A program made the translations under genes and the position numbers. The notes under the pieces are model-generated. The model had not been told where the DNA came from and searched no databases. It saw only the letters and a program-made list of their open reading frames with translations. A DNA stretch of 64,000 nt, taken from assembly GCA_964647565.1 (NCBI GenBank), contig CAZYIM010000005.1, forward strand, positions 1 to 64,000. The letters are read 5' to 3'. Positions 27,961 through 39,230 of the stretch are shown here, in pieces (positions within the stretch are counted from its first letter, which is position 1; each line of letters opens with the position of its first letter). Source of the DNA: an uncultured Methanosarcinales archaeon (lineage in GTDB: Archaea > Nanobdellota > Nanobdellia > Woesearchaeales > CAZYIM01).

Positions 27961-30606
27961 TTGAGCGAGCATAAACTAAAAGTGGCTGAAGCCATACAAG
28001 ATGATGTTAACAAAGGAATTGTGAGGATTGACAGTACATATTTACGAGATCTGGGAATAAGAGAAGGCAACATTGTTGAAATAACAGGAACTAAAACAAC
28101 TGTTGCCATTGTTGCAAGAGCACTTCCAGGAGATTTAGGTCTCAATATAATCAGGATGGATGGCATAATAAGGCGAAATGCCAAGACCACTATTGGCGAG
28201 ACAGTCACTCTTAAGAAAGCAGAAGTCAAAGAAGCTAAAAAAGTATTTATTGCACCTGCAAGAAAAGGTCTCGTCATTCGTGCAAGCAATGAGATGTTTA
28301 AAAGAGGCCTTCTAGGACGTGCTGTTGTAAAAGGAGATATTGTTGCATTAGGAGGAACAAAACAAAGAAGATCAACTATGACAGACAATCCTTTCTTCGA
28401 GGATATGTTCAGTATGCTTGATGATACCATGTCAGGTTTTGGTCTTGGAGATCTAAAGTTTATTGTCGTCGATTGTGCACCCAAAGAAACAGTGTTGATA
28501 ACAGAACATACAGAGATTGTTTACAATCCTGAAGCTCCAGAAGTCCTTGAAGAACAGACCATAGACATCTCATACGAAGACATAGGTGGTTTGGATGAAG
28601 AGTTAAGGAAAGTTAGGGAGATGATAGAACTGCCCTTAAAACATCCCGAGATTTTTGAACAACTCGGAATTGACCCGCCAAAAGGTGTTCTTTTACATGG
28701 TTCTCCTGGAACAGGGAAAACATTGTTAGCAAAAGCAGTCGCAAATGAAACCAATGCAAACTTTATTCTTATCAATGGCCCGGAAATCATGAGTAAGTAC
28801 TACGGCCAGTCCGAAGAGAACCTAAGAAAGAAGTTTGAAGAAGCAGAAAAAAATGCTCCGTCCATCATATTCATAGATGAAATAGATGCTATAGCCTCCA
28901 AAAGAGAGGAGAGCAAGGGTGAAGTTGAGAGAAGAGTTGTTGCTCAGCTCCTCGCCATCATGGATGGTCTAAAGAGCAGAGGTAAAGTCATAGTAATTGC
29001 CGCCACCAACATCCCTAACTCACTGGATCCTGCTTTGAGACGACCTGGAAGATTTGACAGGGAATTGGAAATTGGCGTACCAAGAAAAGAAGGAAGATCT
29101 GCCATTTTGAAAATTCATACAAGAAACATGCCTATAGAAGGCAATCTAAAAACCTTAAGAGTCTCAAAAACAAAAAAAGAATTAAGTGTAAGTATAAAAG
29201 ACGTCCTTGTCAAGATAGACCTTAATAAGGTAGCGGAGATTTTAGTAAAGGCCAAGAAAGGTGCAAAAGATCTAGAAAGTAAAAGAGATATTATTGACGC
29301 AATTAAAGATATTGTTGCTAAGTCCCTAAAAAGCATATCTTCTTCAATTAAATTGAAAGAACAAATCACCTCACGCGTTGCTGAAAGTTTTTATTCATCT
29401 GGCGCAGATAGGGAGACTCTTGAATCTGCTGTCAAAAAACTTATGGAACGTCTTGATGAACTAAAAAAAGAAGAACAAATTTCTTCTATGATTGATGGTG
29501 CTATAAAGGAAATTATTCTAGAAGAAATTGCAGAGGTCACACACGGATTTGTTGGCGCAGATCTTTCTGCGCTAGCCAAAGAAGCAGCTATGATTGTATT
29601 AAGAAGAGTACTGCCTGACCTAGATCTTAATGAAAACGAGGCAATATCATCATCAATTCTTAACAAGCTATATATTAAAAAAGAAGATTTTAAAGAAGCC
29701 CTTAAGGTTGTTCGTCCAAGCGCATTAAGAGAAGTCCTAATAGAGACTCCCGATGTGAGTTGGAATGATATTGGGGGTTTGGATGATGTGAAGCAGGAAC
29801 TAAAAGAAGCTGTTGAATGGCCCATCCAAAATAAAGATATGTTTCTAAGGTTAGGAATAACCCCCCCAAAAGGTGTGCTTCTTTATGGAGCTCCCGGGAC
29901 AGGAAAAACCTTGCTAGCAAAAGCAGTTGCAAATGAATCGCAAGCAAACTTTATTCTTGTAAAAGGTCCAGAACTATTAAGTAAGTGGGTAGGAGAAAGT
30001 GAAAAGGCAGTTAGAGAAATATTCAAAAAGGCAAGACAGACAAGCCCATCTATAATCTTTTTTGATGAAATCGATGCTATTGCTCCAAGAAGAGGTTTGA
30101 ACCTATCAGGTCATAGTGGAGTAACTGAAAGTGTTGTAAATCAACTTTTAACTGAAATGGACGGTCTTCAAGAGCTAAACGATATTGTAATTATAGCAGC
30201 GACTAATAGGCCTGACAGAATTGATACTGCACTTATGCGACCCGGAAGATTTGACAGGATAATTCTTGCACCAGTACCTGATGCAGCAACTCGAAAAAAA
30301 ATATTCGAGGTTCATACCAGCAACATGCCTCTTGCAAAAGATGTTTCGATACCAACATTAGTTACAAGAACAGAAAATTATGTCGGTGCGGATATTGAAG
30401 CAGTCTGTAGAGAAGCAGCAATCATGGCTCTGCGTGAAGATATCAAATCTAAAGAAATCTGTTTAAAGCATTTTCAGGAAGCACTTAAAAAAGTGAGAGC
30501 TTCTACTACAAAAGATATAGCCAAGGGATATATGGATCTGCAGAATCAATTCACCTCTGCACATGCCAAAGAGATGAAGGATGAACGGCCAAGCTATTAC
30601 GGATAA
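27961..30606 (+). CDS. cdc48: CDC48/VCP AAA ATPase with an ~125-aa insertion in D1
   Basis: N-domain; two AAA modules ([32 protein letters not shown]); C-terminal YYG HbYX-like tail. Confidence 0.96.
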   Translation: MSEHKLKVAEAIQDDVNKGIVRIDSTYLRDLGIREGNIVEITGTKTTVAIVARALPGDLGLNIIRMDGIIRRNAKTTIGETVTLKKAEVKEAKKVFIAPARKGLVIRASNEMFKRGLLGRAVVKGDIVALGGTKQRRSTMTDNPFFEDMFSMLDDTMSGFGLGDLKFIVVDCAPKETVLITEHTEIVYNPEAPEVLEEQTIDISYEDIGGLDEELRKVREMIELPLKHPEIFEQLGIDPPKGVLLHGSPGTGKTLLAKAVANETNANFILINGPEIMSKYYGQSEENLRKKFEEAEKNAPSIIFIDEIDAIASKREESKGEVERRVVAQLLAIMDGLKSRGKVIVIAATNIPNSLDPALRRPGRFDRELEIGVPRKEGRSAILKIHTRNMPIEGNLKTLRVSKTKKELSVSIKDVLVKIDLNKVAEILVKAKKGAKDLESKRDIIDAIKDIVAKSLKSISSSIKLKEQITSRVAESFYSSGADRETLESAVKKLMERLDELKKEEQISSMIDGAIKEIILEEIAEVTHGFVGADLSALAKEAAMIVLRRVLPDLDLNENEAISSSILNKLYIKKEDFKEALKVVRPSALREVLIETPDVSWNDIGGLDDVKQELKEAVEWPIQNKDMFLRLGITPPKGVLLYGAPGTGKTLLAKAVANESQANFILVKGPELLSKWVGESEKAVREIFKKARQTSPSIIFFDEIDAIAPRRGLNLSGHSGVTESVVNQLLTEMDGLQELNDIVIIAATNRPDRIDTALMRPGRFDRIILAPVPDAATRKKIFEVHTSNMPLAKDVSIPTLVTRTENYVGADIEAVCREAAIMALREDIKSKEICLKHFQEALKKVRASTTKDIAKGYMDLQNQFTSAHAKEMKDERPSYYG

Positions 30607-30608
30607 AG

Positions 30609-31349
30609 ATGAAACTCAAAAAGATAGTTGATTTTCTTGATAATGAATTGGATATTTGTTCAGTTGATGACAAATCAGTGAATGGACTGCAAGTTGAGAA
30701 TTCTAAAGAGATAAAAAAAATCGGACTCGCTGTTGATGCATGCATAGATACATTCAAACTGGCCAAAAAAGAAAAGGTTGACCTGCTGATTGTACATCAC
30801 GGATTATTCTGGAGCAACCGAACCCGAGTAACAGGTCTATTATATAAGAGAGTTAAGTACCTATTAGACAATAATATTGCACTCTATGCAGCACATCTTC
30901 CTTTGGATGCACATGATGCTTTGGGTAACAACACCAGCTTTCTTAGAGCACTCGGTGTTAAAAAAATAGAGCAGTCCAAAGATGTTATGAGACGAGGCGA
31001 TTTATCATCCACTATTAACATCAAGGATCTTGAAAAAAAAATCAATAATAGTTTTAATACGAGATGTAGACTCTTTTTATTTGGAAAACAAAAAATTAAA
31101 CGGATTGCCATCTGCACAGGTGCTGGCGGCTCAGGTTATTTTCTCGAAGCAATTAAAAAAAAGATTGATGTATATATTTCAGGAGAAGAACATCATAATA
31201 TTTATCTCCTGGCTAAAGAGGCTAATATAAATCTTATCTTCGCAGGACATTACGCCACTGAAACTCTGGGGGTAAAGAATGTTGGCAAACTTCTTGAGAA
31301 AAAATTTAAATTGAAAATTATTTTTCTGGATAATCCCACACAATTATAA
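30609..31349 (+). CDS. Nif3-like dinuclear metal-centre protein (DUF34)
   Basis: NGLQV, IVHHGLFW, HLPLDAH, GHYATE. Confidence 0.93.
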   Translation: MKLKKIVDFLDNELDICSVDDKSVNGLQVENSKEIKKIGLAVDACIDTFKLAKKEKVDLLIVHHGLFWSNRTRVTGLLYKRVKYLLDNNIALYAAHLPLDAHDALGNNTSFLRALGVKKIEQSKDVMRRGDLSSTINIKDLEKKINNSFNTRCRLFLFGKQKIKRIAICTGAGGSGYFLEAIKKKIDVYISGEEHHNIYLLAKEANINLIFAGHYATETLGVKNVGKLLEKKFKLKIIFLDNPTQL

Positions 31350-31505
31350 TTTAAAAAAAAGAAAACTCTGGCGCATATACTTCTTGAGTTGTATTTTTCG
31401 ATTAGCTCAAAAAGAAAACTTTATTAAGGACCTAATCAAAAAAGCAGATTAGAGTATATTTTTGTATGCTCAATAATAAAATAAAAAGGTGAGGTGTAAC
31501 CCAAA

Positions 31506-31754
31506 GTGGCTGCAAAAAAGAAGAAAGCTGTCAAGAAAAAAACAGTGAAAAAGAAGACAGCAAAGAAAAAGAAACCAGTAAAAAAGAAAGCAGTAAAGAA
31601 AAAGGCTACTAAGAAAAAAGTAGTCAAAAAGAAAGCTGTCAAGAAAAAGAAACCCGTCAAGAAAAAAGCTGTGAAAAAGAAAGCCGTTAAGAAAAAGAAA
31701 GCAGTAAAGAAAAAGAAACCAGTAAAAAAGAAAGCCAAAAAGAAAAAAAGATAA
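31506..31754 (+). CDS. Histone H1-like lysine-rich repeat protein
   Basis: KKK(A/P/T/V)(V/A/T) repeats with synonymous codon variation; GAGGTG SD; stop 1 nt before gatD. Confidence 0.7.
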   Translation: MAAKKKKAVKKKTVKKKTAKKKKPVKKKAVKKKATKKKVVKKKAVKKKKPVKKKAVKKKAVKKKKAVKKKKPVKKKAKKKKR

Positions 31755-31755
31755 G

Positions 31756-33054
31756 ATGGTGGGTTCTGGTAAAGTTAAAATTTTTTTAAAGGGCGAGGTG
31801 ATCGAAGGACACATAATGCCTCGCTCTGATTCAAATTTTCTCGTTCTAAAGCTTGATAATGGATATAATATAGGTATTGACAAATCTACAATCAAGAAAA
31901 TGGAAGAGATTAAGGGAAATAAAGCTGTTAAAGACGAAAAGATCAAGAAAATCGTCCCAAAAAAAGGCCTGCCTAATGTTTCTATACTACACACAGGAGG
32001 CACAATCGCCTCAAAAGTTGATTATAAGACTGGTGCGGTCATCTCAAGATTCACTCCAGAAGAAATTGTTTCCATGTTTCCTGAACTTAAAGAGATTGCA
32101 AATATCAAATCTAGACTTATTGGCAACATGTGGAGTCAGGATATGAGATTTTCTCATTATAATGTTATTGCTAAGGAAATAGAAAAAGAAATAAAAGCTG
32201 GAGCTGATGGAGTGATTGTCACACATGGCACCGATACTCTCCATTATAGTTCTACAGCTCTCGCATTTATCCTAGAAGACCTAACTATCCCTGTATTGTT
32301 AGTTGGATCCCAAAGAAGTTCTGACAGGGGCAGCAGTGATGCAGGTATGAATATCATAGATGCAGCATATTTCATTACCAAATCTGATTTTTCAGAAGTT
32401 GGTGTTTGTATGCACAATTCTTCCAGCGATGATTTCGCAGCCATCCTACCTGCCACCAAAACAAGAAAATTACATACCAGCCGACGTGACGCATTCAAGG
32501 CAATCAATTCCAAGCCATGGGCTTTGGTCGATTATAAATCCAAGAAAATTAAATATCTGGATAAGGGATTTTATAAAAAATCGAAATCTAAAAAATTAAA
32601 GCTTAGATTATTTAATGAAAAGATTAAGGTAGGCATCTTAAAGCAATATACCAATATGACCGCAAATGAATATCTTTTCTTTAAGAACTATGATGGTCTA
32701 GTCATTGAGTCGACAGGCTTAGGCAACCTTCCTGTCACAAAAAAAGATGATCTAACCAAAGAGAGCGACAAGATCTTCAAAGCTCTAGAAGAGATGATCA
32801 AAAAAGGATTGATTGTTGTTTTAAGTCCTCAAACCATATTCGGAAGACTGAATATCAATGTCTATGAAAACGGAAGGAGGCAGCAAGAGATCGGCATCCT
32901 GGGTAATTACAATGATATGACTACAGAAACCACCTTCATCAAACTGGCTTGGCTGTTGAGCAACTACAGCAAGGCTGAGACCAAGAAACTCATTCTAAAA
33001 AACCTAAGAGGAGAAATTAACGAAAGGATTGAGTTTGAAAAAGAATTCATCTAA
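31756..33054 (+). CDS. gatD: Glu-tRNA(Gln) amidotransferase subunit D
   Basis: KLDNGYNIG, TGGTIAS, HGTDTL, GSQRSSDRGSSD, KLHTSRRDAF. Confidence 0.96.
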   Translation: MVGSGKVKIFLKGEVIEGHIMPRSDSNFLVLKLDNGYNIGIDKSTIKKMEEIKGNKAVKDEKIKKIVPKKGLPNVSILHTGGTIASKVDYKTGAVISRFTPEEIVSMFPELKEIANIKSRLIGNMWSQDMRFSHYNVIAKEIEKEIKAGADGVIVTHGTDTLHYSSTALAFILEDLTIPVLLVGSQRSSDRGSSDAGMNIIDAAYFITKSDFSEVGVCMHNSSSDDFAAILPATKTRKLHTSRRDAFKAINSKPWALVDYKSKKIKYLDKGFYKKSKSKKLKLRLFNEKIKVGILKQYTNMTANEYLFFKNYDGLVIESTGLGNLPVTKKDDLTKESDKIFKALEEMIKKGLIVVLSPQTIFGRLNINVYENGRRQQEIGILGNYNDMTTETTFIKLAWLLSNYSKAETKKLILKNLRGEINERIEFEKEFI

Positions 33055-33100
33055 TTCCTAGTGCAATATTGGAAAGATTTATAAATACAAACTTCTTAAC

Positions 33101-33128
33101 TTTCTGAAATCACAGAAAATTCAGAAAT
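33101..33128. promoter_or_regulatory. Probable operator of the GbsR/MarR-type regulator
   Basis: TTTCTG-aaatca-CAGAAA plus a further TTCAGAAA half-site between TATA and start codon. Confidence 0.6.
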
Positions 33129-33139
33129 TTCAGTAAAGA

Positions 33140-33631
33140 ATGAACACAGACAACCTCGATAAGGAATTCCAGGAATTTTTCTTTCAGATTAGTACAGGCA
33201 TGGGCCATGAGGGGGTCATCTCAAAGATTATAGGCATTATGTTCCTAGAACCCAAAGAAATCTCTCTTGAGGAACTTGCTAAAAAGACAGGCTATAGCCT
33301 TTCTGCAGTCAGCACAGCCATGAAACTCTTTGAAAACTGGAACACCGTCAAGAGAATCAAGAAACCAGGCTCAAGAAAGAAGTATTTCTATATGGAAAAA
33401 GACCTAAAAAAATTGGTCAAGGGTAAATTCAAGAAGATGAGAGAAGTTTACTTTAGTCCTGCGAAGACCAAACTCCCTGTTCTGATTGAGAAATATAGAA
33501 CAAAACTTAAAAACTCAAAAGATGACTATAGTAATAAGAAGCTAAATATATTGAAGAACTATCATGCCCAGATTATTGTAATGGATAAACTTATGGAAGA
33601 CTTTATGAAAAAGGTGGAAAGAATTGACTAA
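33140..33631 (+). CDS. GbsR/MarR-family transcriptional regulator
   Basis: ISLEELAKKTGYSLSAVS, KPGSRKKYF. Confidence 0.88.
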   Translation: MNTDNLDKEFQEFFFQISTGMGHEGVISKIIGIMFLEPKEISLEELAKKTGYSLSAVSTAMKLFENWNTVKRIKKPGSRKKYFYMEKDLKKLVKGKFKKMREVYFSPAKTKLPVLIEKYRTKLKNSKDDYSNKKLNILKNYHAQIIVMDKLMEDFMKKVERID

Positions 33632-34334
33632 ACTAGACTGTGGAGAAACCATCATCGAACTAAAGAATGTTTGGAAGATATACCAGATGGGTAATGTGGA
33701 GGTACATGCCCTTCGAGGTCTGGATCTTAGTGTGAAAAAAGGAGAGTTTCTGGCAATAATGGGACCTTCTGGAAGCGGCAAATCAACGGCTATGAACATG
33801 GTGGGCTGCCTGGATATCCCGAGCAAAGGCCAGATATTGCTATGCAACCAAGACATCTCCCAGCTTGGAGAATCTGAGCTCGCCCAGATTCGTGGAAAGA
33901 GAATAGGATTTATTTTCCAGACCTTCAACCTTATTAATACTCTTACTGCTAAGGAAAACATAATGTTGCCAATGGTTTTTCAGAACAAATCCGCAAGTGA
34001 AAGAGCGAAACGTGCAGAAAAGCTCTTGAAAATGGTTGAGCTTGATGAAAGGATGGATCACAAGCCAACAGAACTTTCAGGGGGACAGAGGCAGAGGGTA
34101 GCTATTGCACGATCTTTGGCTAATGAACCAGAAGTCATCTTGGCAGATGAACCGACAGGCAACCTGGACAGCAAGACAGGTCATAATGTGCTCGATTTCC
34201 TAAAAAAACTCCACAAGGAAAAAGGTACAACAATCGTAATGGTCACACACGATTCAGATGTGGCAAAAGGAGCCCAGAGAATTGAATTTCTCAGGGACGG
34301 TAAGATTATTAAGGATCAAATTAAGAAGAATTGA
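33624..34334 (+). CDS. ABC transporter ATP-binding protein (LolD/MacB type)
   Basis: [31 protein letters not shown]. Confidence 0.95.
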   Translation: MTKLDCGETIIELKNVWKIYQMGNVEVHALRGLDLSVKKGEFLAIMGPSGSGKSTAMNMVGCLDIPSKGQILLCNQDISQLGESELAQIRGKRIGFIFQTFNLINTLTAKENIMLPMVFQNKSASERAKRAEKLLKMVELDERMDHKPTELSGGQRQRVAIARSLANEPEVILADEPTGNLDSKTGHNVLDFLKKLHKEKGTTIVMVTHDSDVAKGAQRIEFLRDGKIIKDQIKKN

Positions 34335-34344
34335 GGTGAATAAT

Positions 34345-35598
34345 ATGAAAAAATTAATGTTTGTTTGGATGTTGGCAATAATATTAGCATTACCATTGGT
34401 CTTTGCATCGACCAATCCTATATTGAAGGCAAGCCTGGTAAAATACGAACCATACCCTGCAGAGCCAGGGGATTATGTTGATGTATGGATCAAGCTGGAA
34501 AATGATGCTGACTATGATGCAGAAGACACTGTTGTTGAATTTCTCAAGTCATTCCCATTTAGTTTGGACCCTGGCGTGGATCCTGTGACCAATATGGGCA
34601 TTATTGGCAGCCGAGATGACTATGTGATAAAATACACTCTTAAGGTAAGCGAAGAAGCTGTCGAAGGCACCAACAAGCTCAAGATAAGATTCAATCCTGA
34701 ACCAGCATTATACAGCTGGAAAGAAAAAGAGCTCGAGATCGAAGTGCAGACAAATCTGCCTATCATAGCTGTCACGTCTACCAAAGTAGATCCTGCTGAA
34801 CTTATACCGGGAGAACCTGCAAACCTCATGCTGGATATTGAAAACATGGGACAGTCATTCCTTAAGGATATCTCAGTAAAGCTCGATATCTATAGTGCTG
34901 TTACCCAGACAGCTACTGCATTCGGTACAAGCACATCTGTAGCAACAGACCTCCCATTTGCACCTCATGAATCAAGCATCGAGAAGAGGGTGCCTATGCT
35001 TTCAGCTGGAAAGACCAAGGAACTTGTTTTCAAGATCAAACCTTACCCTGATGCAGAATCTAAAATCTACAAGATCCCAATTGTACTTACATATACAGAT
35101 AATGTTGGAACAGTCCATACAAGGACAGAAGTTGTCAGTTTGATTGTGAACAGCGAACCGGATCTTTCTATGAAGATAGAATCTACAACTCTATCTACTA
35201 AGCAAAAAACAGGAGACATCTCTTTTGAAATTGTAAATAAGGGTCTTAGCGACGTTAAATTTGCGAATGTAGTTCTAGCAGATACAGACGACTATGATTT
35301 GCTCTCACCATCAGCAGAAGTCTACATTGGCAACATCGACTCAGATGATTATGAGACTGCAGAATTCAGAGTTGCTCTGAAAAAAGAGGGCGGAGATGTT
35401 GTATTCCCACTCACTATGGAATACAAAGATGCCAATAACAACAAGAAGACATTATCAGAAGATATCGTATTGAAACTGCCCGATTCAAAATACAATGGCA
35501 AGAAGAGTAACACAGGAGTAATCATAGTAGTTGTTGTGGTTATCTTGGGAGTTGCAGGCATTATTATTTATCGGAGAAGGAAGAAGAAAAAGAGTTAA
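34345..35598 (+). CDS. COG1361-type surface protein with signal peptide and C-terminal TM anchor
   Basis: EPYPAEPGD, Ig-like repeats, VYIGNIDSDD; GAGGTGA SD before ATG 34345. Confidence 0.85.
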   Translation: MKKLMFVWMLAIILALPLVFASTNPILKASLVKYEPYPAEPGDYVDVWIKLENDADYDAEDTVVEFLKSFPFSLDPGVDPVTNMGIIGSRDDYVIKYTLKVSEEAVEGTNKLKIRFNPEPALYSWKEKELEIEVQTNLPIIAVTSTKVDPAELIPGEPANLMLDIENMGQSFLKDISVKLDIYSAVTQTATAFGTSTSVATDLPFAPHESSIEKRVPMLSAGKTKELVFKIKPYPDAESKIYKIPIVLTYTDNVGTVHTRTEVVSLIVNSEPDLSMKIESTTLSTKQKTGDISFEIVNKGLSDVKFANVVLADTDDYDLLSPSAEVYIGNIDSDDYETAEFRVALKKEGGDVVFPLTMEYKDANNNKKTLSEDIVLKLPDSKYNGKKSNTGVIIVVVVVILGVAGIIIYRRRKKKKS

Positions 35599-35623
35599 CT
35601 CTTTTTTCTTTTTTTAATTTAAA

Positions 35624-36844
35624 ATGTTCTTGGATTACCTAAAAATAGCATTATCGAACCTTCGCAAGAGAGGGTTACGATCCTGGTTGACCATGATAGG
35701 TATATTCATAGGCATTGCAGCAATTGTTTCTCTTTTAAGTCTTGGCGAAGGTCTTAGAGTCGCCATCACATCCCAGTTCGGTTTTCTAAGTGCTGATGTT
35801 TTGTCAGTCCAGGCAGGAGGTATGCAGATGGGTCCGCCAGGAACAGGGGTAATTACCCCGTTCACTATTGATGATGCAAAAACACTGTCAAAAGTTCAAG
35901 GTGTTGAAGCTGCTATCCCCCGACTTGTCAGATCTGGAACTTTAGAATATAATGATAAATTGGCCAGAGGATATTCCATAAGCGTACCTAGTGGTAAGAA
36001 CAGAAAGATAATTGAAAGGGTGGCAAATTTAGAAGTTGACGAAGGAAGACTTCTGAGGGATGAAGATTCGTACGGTCTCGTCCTCGGTGCGACTTTTAAA
36101 GAAGAAGATATCTTTGGAAAACCAATATCAGTAGGTCAACAAGTATTGTTGAACGGTAAAAAGTTCAAGGTTCTGGGCATTTTGGAAAAAAAAGGAAGTT
36201 TTATGGTCGATGGTGCTGTTATTATGAATGAGGACATCTTTAGAGAGCTTGAAGATGATAATAAAAAAGCAGATATTATCGTAGTGGTTGTGAAGAATCA
36301 AAAAGAGATGGATCTTGTTCAGGAACGTGTTGAGAAACTACTCAGAAAAGAGCGAAATGTTGATGAAGGAGAAGAAGACTTTGATGTCACTTCACCTCAA
36401 GCTGCAGTCGAGTCCTTGAATGACACCTTATTTGCAGTGCAATTGTTTGTATATATTATTGCAGGCATCTCTCTGTTGGTAGGCGGCATAGGCATTATGA
36501 ATACCATGAACACTGCAGTGATAGAGCGAACCAAGGAAATTGGAATCATGAAATCCATTGGCGCCAAAAACAAAGATATTTTCATGCTTTTCTTCATTGA
36601 ATCAGGATTCCTTGGCAGCGCAGGAGGTATTATAGGGACCATCCTCGGCTCCTTAATTGCTATTAGTCTAAGCGCATTAGCCAACATGGGTACAAGCGCA
36701 GGACTCATACAGACCTATTTCCCGTGGTGGCTTATACCCGGCGCCATATTATTCTCATTTTTAGTTGGCAGCATCGCAGGCATAACACCTGCACTCAGCG
36801 CTGCTAGATTAAAGCCTGTCGATGCATTAAGAGCAATAAAATGA
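35624..36844 (+). CDS. ABC transporter permease (MacB/FtsX type)
   Basis: RSWLTMIGIFIG, GGIGIMNTM, ERTKEIGIMKSIGA. Confidence 0.93.
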   Translation: MFLDYLKIALSNLRKRGLRSWLTMIGIFIGIAAIVSLLSLGEGLRVAITSQFGFLSADVLSVQAGGMQMGPPGTGVITPFTIDDAKTLSKVQGVEAAIPRLVRSGTLEYNDKLARGYSISVPSGKNRKIIERVANLEVDEGRLLRDEDSYGLVLGATFKEEDIFGKPISVGQQVLLNGKKFKVLGILEKKGSFMVDGAVIMNEDIFRELEDDNKKADIIVVVVKNQKEMDLVQERVEKLLRKERNVDEGEEDFDVTSPQAAVESLNDTLFAVQLFVYIIAGISLLVGGIGIMNTMNTAVIERTKEIGIMKSIGAKNKDIFMLFFIESGFLGSAGGIIGTILGSLIAISLSALANMGTSAGLIQTYFPWWLIPGAILFSFLVGSIAGITPALSAARLKPVDALRAIK

Positions 36845-38058
36845 AACTAGACTACATCAAATACGCCTTCAACAACCTGCTAAGCAGGAAGATGAGGAGC
36901 TGGCTGAATGTCCTCTCAATACTTATAGGCATAGCAGCCATATTTGCATTGGTCAGTTTTGGAGAGGGTTTAAAAGCCTACACAGTCGAGATTGGCGAAA
37001 AAATGGGTACTGACAAGATCATGGCACAGGTGGGTAGTGGCTTTGCAGGTTCGCCGTTGGATGATAATTATTATTTCACAGACGAAGAGATCAAATTCCT
37101 TGAAAAAGTCAAAGGCGTAGATGAATTGGTTCCAATGACTATGGGCAGTATTAAGGTAAGTAACGAAAAGAAGACATTCTATACTCTCTTCATGGCATGG
37201 GAACCTGGACTTTACGAAGGACTGGTCGAAGAGGTGTTTACAGTCGACTTGCTTGAAGGAAGAACTGTAAGAAAAACAGATAAAAATAAGGTAACTGTAG
37301 GATATAATTACCTGGTGCCTGGAAGAATATTTAAGAAACCGATGAAAAGGGGAGATATTATCTTGGTAAATGATGTAGAGCTTGAAATTGTCGGATTCTA
37401 TGATGCAATTGGTAATCCCCAGGATGACTCCCAGATCTATACAAACATCGAAACATATCTTTCACTCTTTCCACAACATGAAGATCAGTATAAGTTCTTT
37501 TTTGCAAGATCAAACCCAAATGCCAATCCCGCAGAAGTTGCAGATAAAATGGAAAAAAAATTAATGAAAAAAAGAGATCTGGAAGAAGGTGAAGAAGACT
37601 TTTCCATCCAGACCTTTGAACAGGCTATTAAGACTTTTGGTGCAGTGCTCAACATCATCAATTCTGTTTTGGTCTTGATTGCATTAATCTCAGTCATAGT
37701 CGCAGCAGTCAACATCATGAACACCATGTACACTGCAGTGCTGGAAAGAACCAAAGAGATTGGCATCATGAAGGCCGTTGGCGCAACAAGAGGTATTATA
37801 ATGACTATCTTTGTTATTGAATCTGGAACACTAGGTCTTGTTGGCAGTGGTTTGGGCGCACTGATTGGTTTTCTGATCGCTTCTGCAGGTGGCGCCATTG
37901 CTGCAGGCGCAGGATATCCCATTCTCAAGCCGGTTTTCCCTGCCTGGCTAATCATTGGTTGCCTATTGTTTGGCTTTCTTTTGGGAGCTATCTCAGGTCT
38001 TATGCCTGCCAGGCAAGCAGCTAAACTGAAGCCCGTAGACTCATTACACTACGAGTGA
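36841..38058 (+). CDS. ABC transporter permease (MacB/FtsX type)
   Basis: RSWLNVLSILIG, ERTKEIGIMKAVGA, KPVDSLHYE. Confidence 0.93.
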   Translation: MKLDYIKYAFNNLLSRKMRSWLNVLSILIGIAAIFALVSFGEGLKAYTVEIGEKMGTDKIMAQVGSGFAGSPLDDNYYFTDEEIKFLEKVKGVDELVPMTMGSIKVSNEKKTFYTLFMAWEPGLYEGLVEEVFTVDLLEGRTVRKTDKNKVTVGYNYLVPGRIFKKPMKRGDIILVNDVELEIVGFYDAIGNPQDDSQIYTNIETYLSLFPQHEDQYKFFFARSNPNANPAEVADKMEKKLMKKRDLEEGEEDFSIQTFEQAIKTFGAVLNIINSVLVLIALISVIVAAVNIMNTMYTAVLERTKEIGIMKAVGATRGIIMTIFVIESGTLGLVGSGLGALIGFLIASAGGAIAAGAGYPILKPVFPAWLIIGCLLFGFLLGAISGLMPARQAAKLKPVDSLHYE

Positions 38059-38176
38059 AACTAGTAGTGCTAATGTCAAGGAAGATTACGTTACGCAGTA
38101 GCGCTAACCTGGCAGAAAAACCAAAATGGTTTTTCAACACACAAGTGACAGACTTTGCATTACGAGTAAACTAATA
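38047..38176. repeat. ~110-bp insert with a perfect hairpin, flanked by an imperfect duplication of the permease 3' end
   Basis: CACTACGAGTGAAACTAGTA / CATTACGAGTAAACTAATA; GAAAAACCA-AAA-TGGTTTTTC. Confidence 0.55.
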
Positions 38177-38213
38177 AAAAATTTTATAAACCATTTCTTG
38201 CACACTTACAAAT

Positions 38214-39230
38214 ATGGGGGATAAAAAAGAGGTGAGTAGGTATTTTATTATAGTTGGACTTTTAGTTCTTCTCTATATTACCTTCCTGCTTGTCAAACCA
38301 TATCTTACCTATGTGCTGCTGGCGTTTTTACTTGCTTATGCGTGTTATCCGATATATAACAAGCTTCAGAAGAAGATCAAGAACAAGACTTTTGCTTCTG
38401 CCATTATGATAATAGCCATCTTAATCATCATATTCATACCATTGTTCTTCATTGTCTCGTCTCTGGTCGATCAGTCAAGGGATGTCTATGGTATGGCGAC
38501 CAGACAGAATATTGATGCGACCCTAAATAATATTGAAAATGCTTTGCATCTTAAAGAAGATCTGAATATTTATGTGGATGCAGTCATTCTAAGAATTAAG
38601 GAATCCACATTAAAGATGATCCCTAATGTAATAACTGGTATAACAGAGGCAACAGTCGGCCTTTTTATTATGTTTTTCATCATGTTCTATCTCTTCAAAG
38701 AGGGGGATGTGCTTATCAATAGTATAAGGAATTATCTGCCAATGAGCCGAAAACATAAAAAGTTGCTTTTCCAGAATACAGAGAGGGTGACAAAAGGAGT
38801 GATTTATGGCCAGATCTTAACCGCAATCATCCAAGGAGGCATTGCAGGCATCGGCTTTATCATCTTTGGTGTTTCTAACCCGATATTTTGGGGTTTCATA
38901 ATGATGATACTCGCATTTATACCTGTTGTTGGAGCCTGGTTGATCTGGTGGCCTGCAGTCGCCATCTCAATAGCCCAAGGCAACTATGTGACAGGCATAG
39001 GACTTGCTGTCTATGGTCTAATCATCGTCTCTAATGTTGATAACCTCGTAAGACCTAAGTTGGTTGGTGACAGGGCTAAGCTACATCCTGCTCTGGTATT
39101 AATCGGTGTGCTTGGTGGCCTTAAGCTATTCGGCTTTATAGGTATGCTAATAGGGCCTGTGTTCTTCTCTATCTTATTTGTCTTCTTTAAGGTCTATATG
39201 GAGATCAGTGACAAAAAAAGCAAAGCCTAG
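38214..39230 (+). CDS. AI-2E family transporter
   Basis: Multi-TM; QILTAIIQG, DNLVRPKL, HPALVLIGVLGG. Confidence 0.92.
   Translation: MGDKKEVSRYFIIVGLLVLLYITFLLVKPYLTYVLLAFLLAYACYPIYNKLQKKIKNKTFASAIMIIAILIIIFIPLFFIVSSLVDQSRDVYGMATRQNIDATLNNIENALHLKEDLNIYVDAVILRIKESTLKMIPNVITGITEATVGLFIMFFIMFYLFKEGDVLINSIRNYLPMSRKHKKLLFQNTERVTKGVIYGQILTAIIQGGIAGIGFIIFGVSNPIFWGFIMMILAFIPVVGAWLIWWPAVAISIAQGNYVTGIGLAVYGLIIVSNVDNLVRPKLVGDRAKLHPALVLIGVLGGLKLFGFIGMLIGPVFFSILFVFFKVYMEISDKKSKA

Noticed and set aside
27894..28484. 196-aa minus-strand ORF and similar antisense ORFs throughout the track
   Set aside because: Overlap well-supported genes on the opposite strand and have no motifs
29137..29517. Intein in Cdc48
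   Set aside because: No N-terminal Cys/Ser block, no His-Asn terminus, no LAGLIDADG motif
31436..32003. Phe-rich minus-strand ORFs
   Set aside because: Antisense shadows of the lysine-repeat gene and gatD
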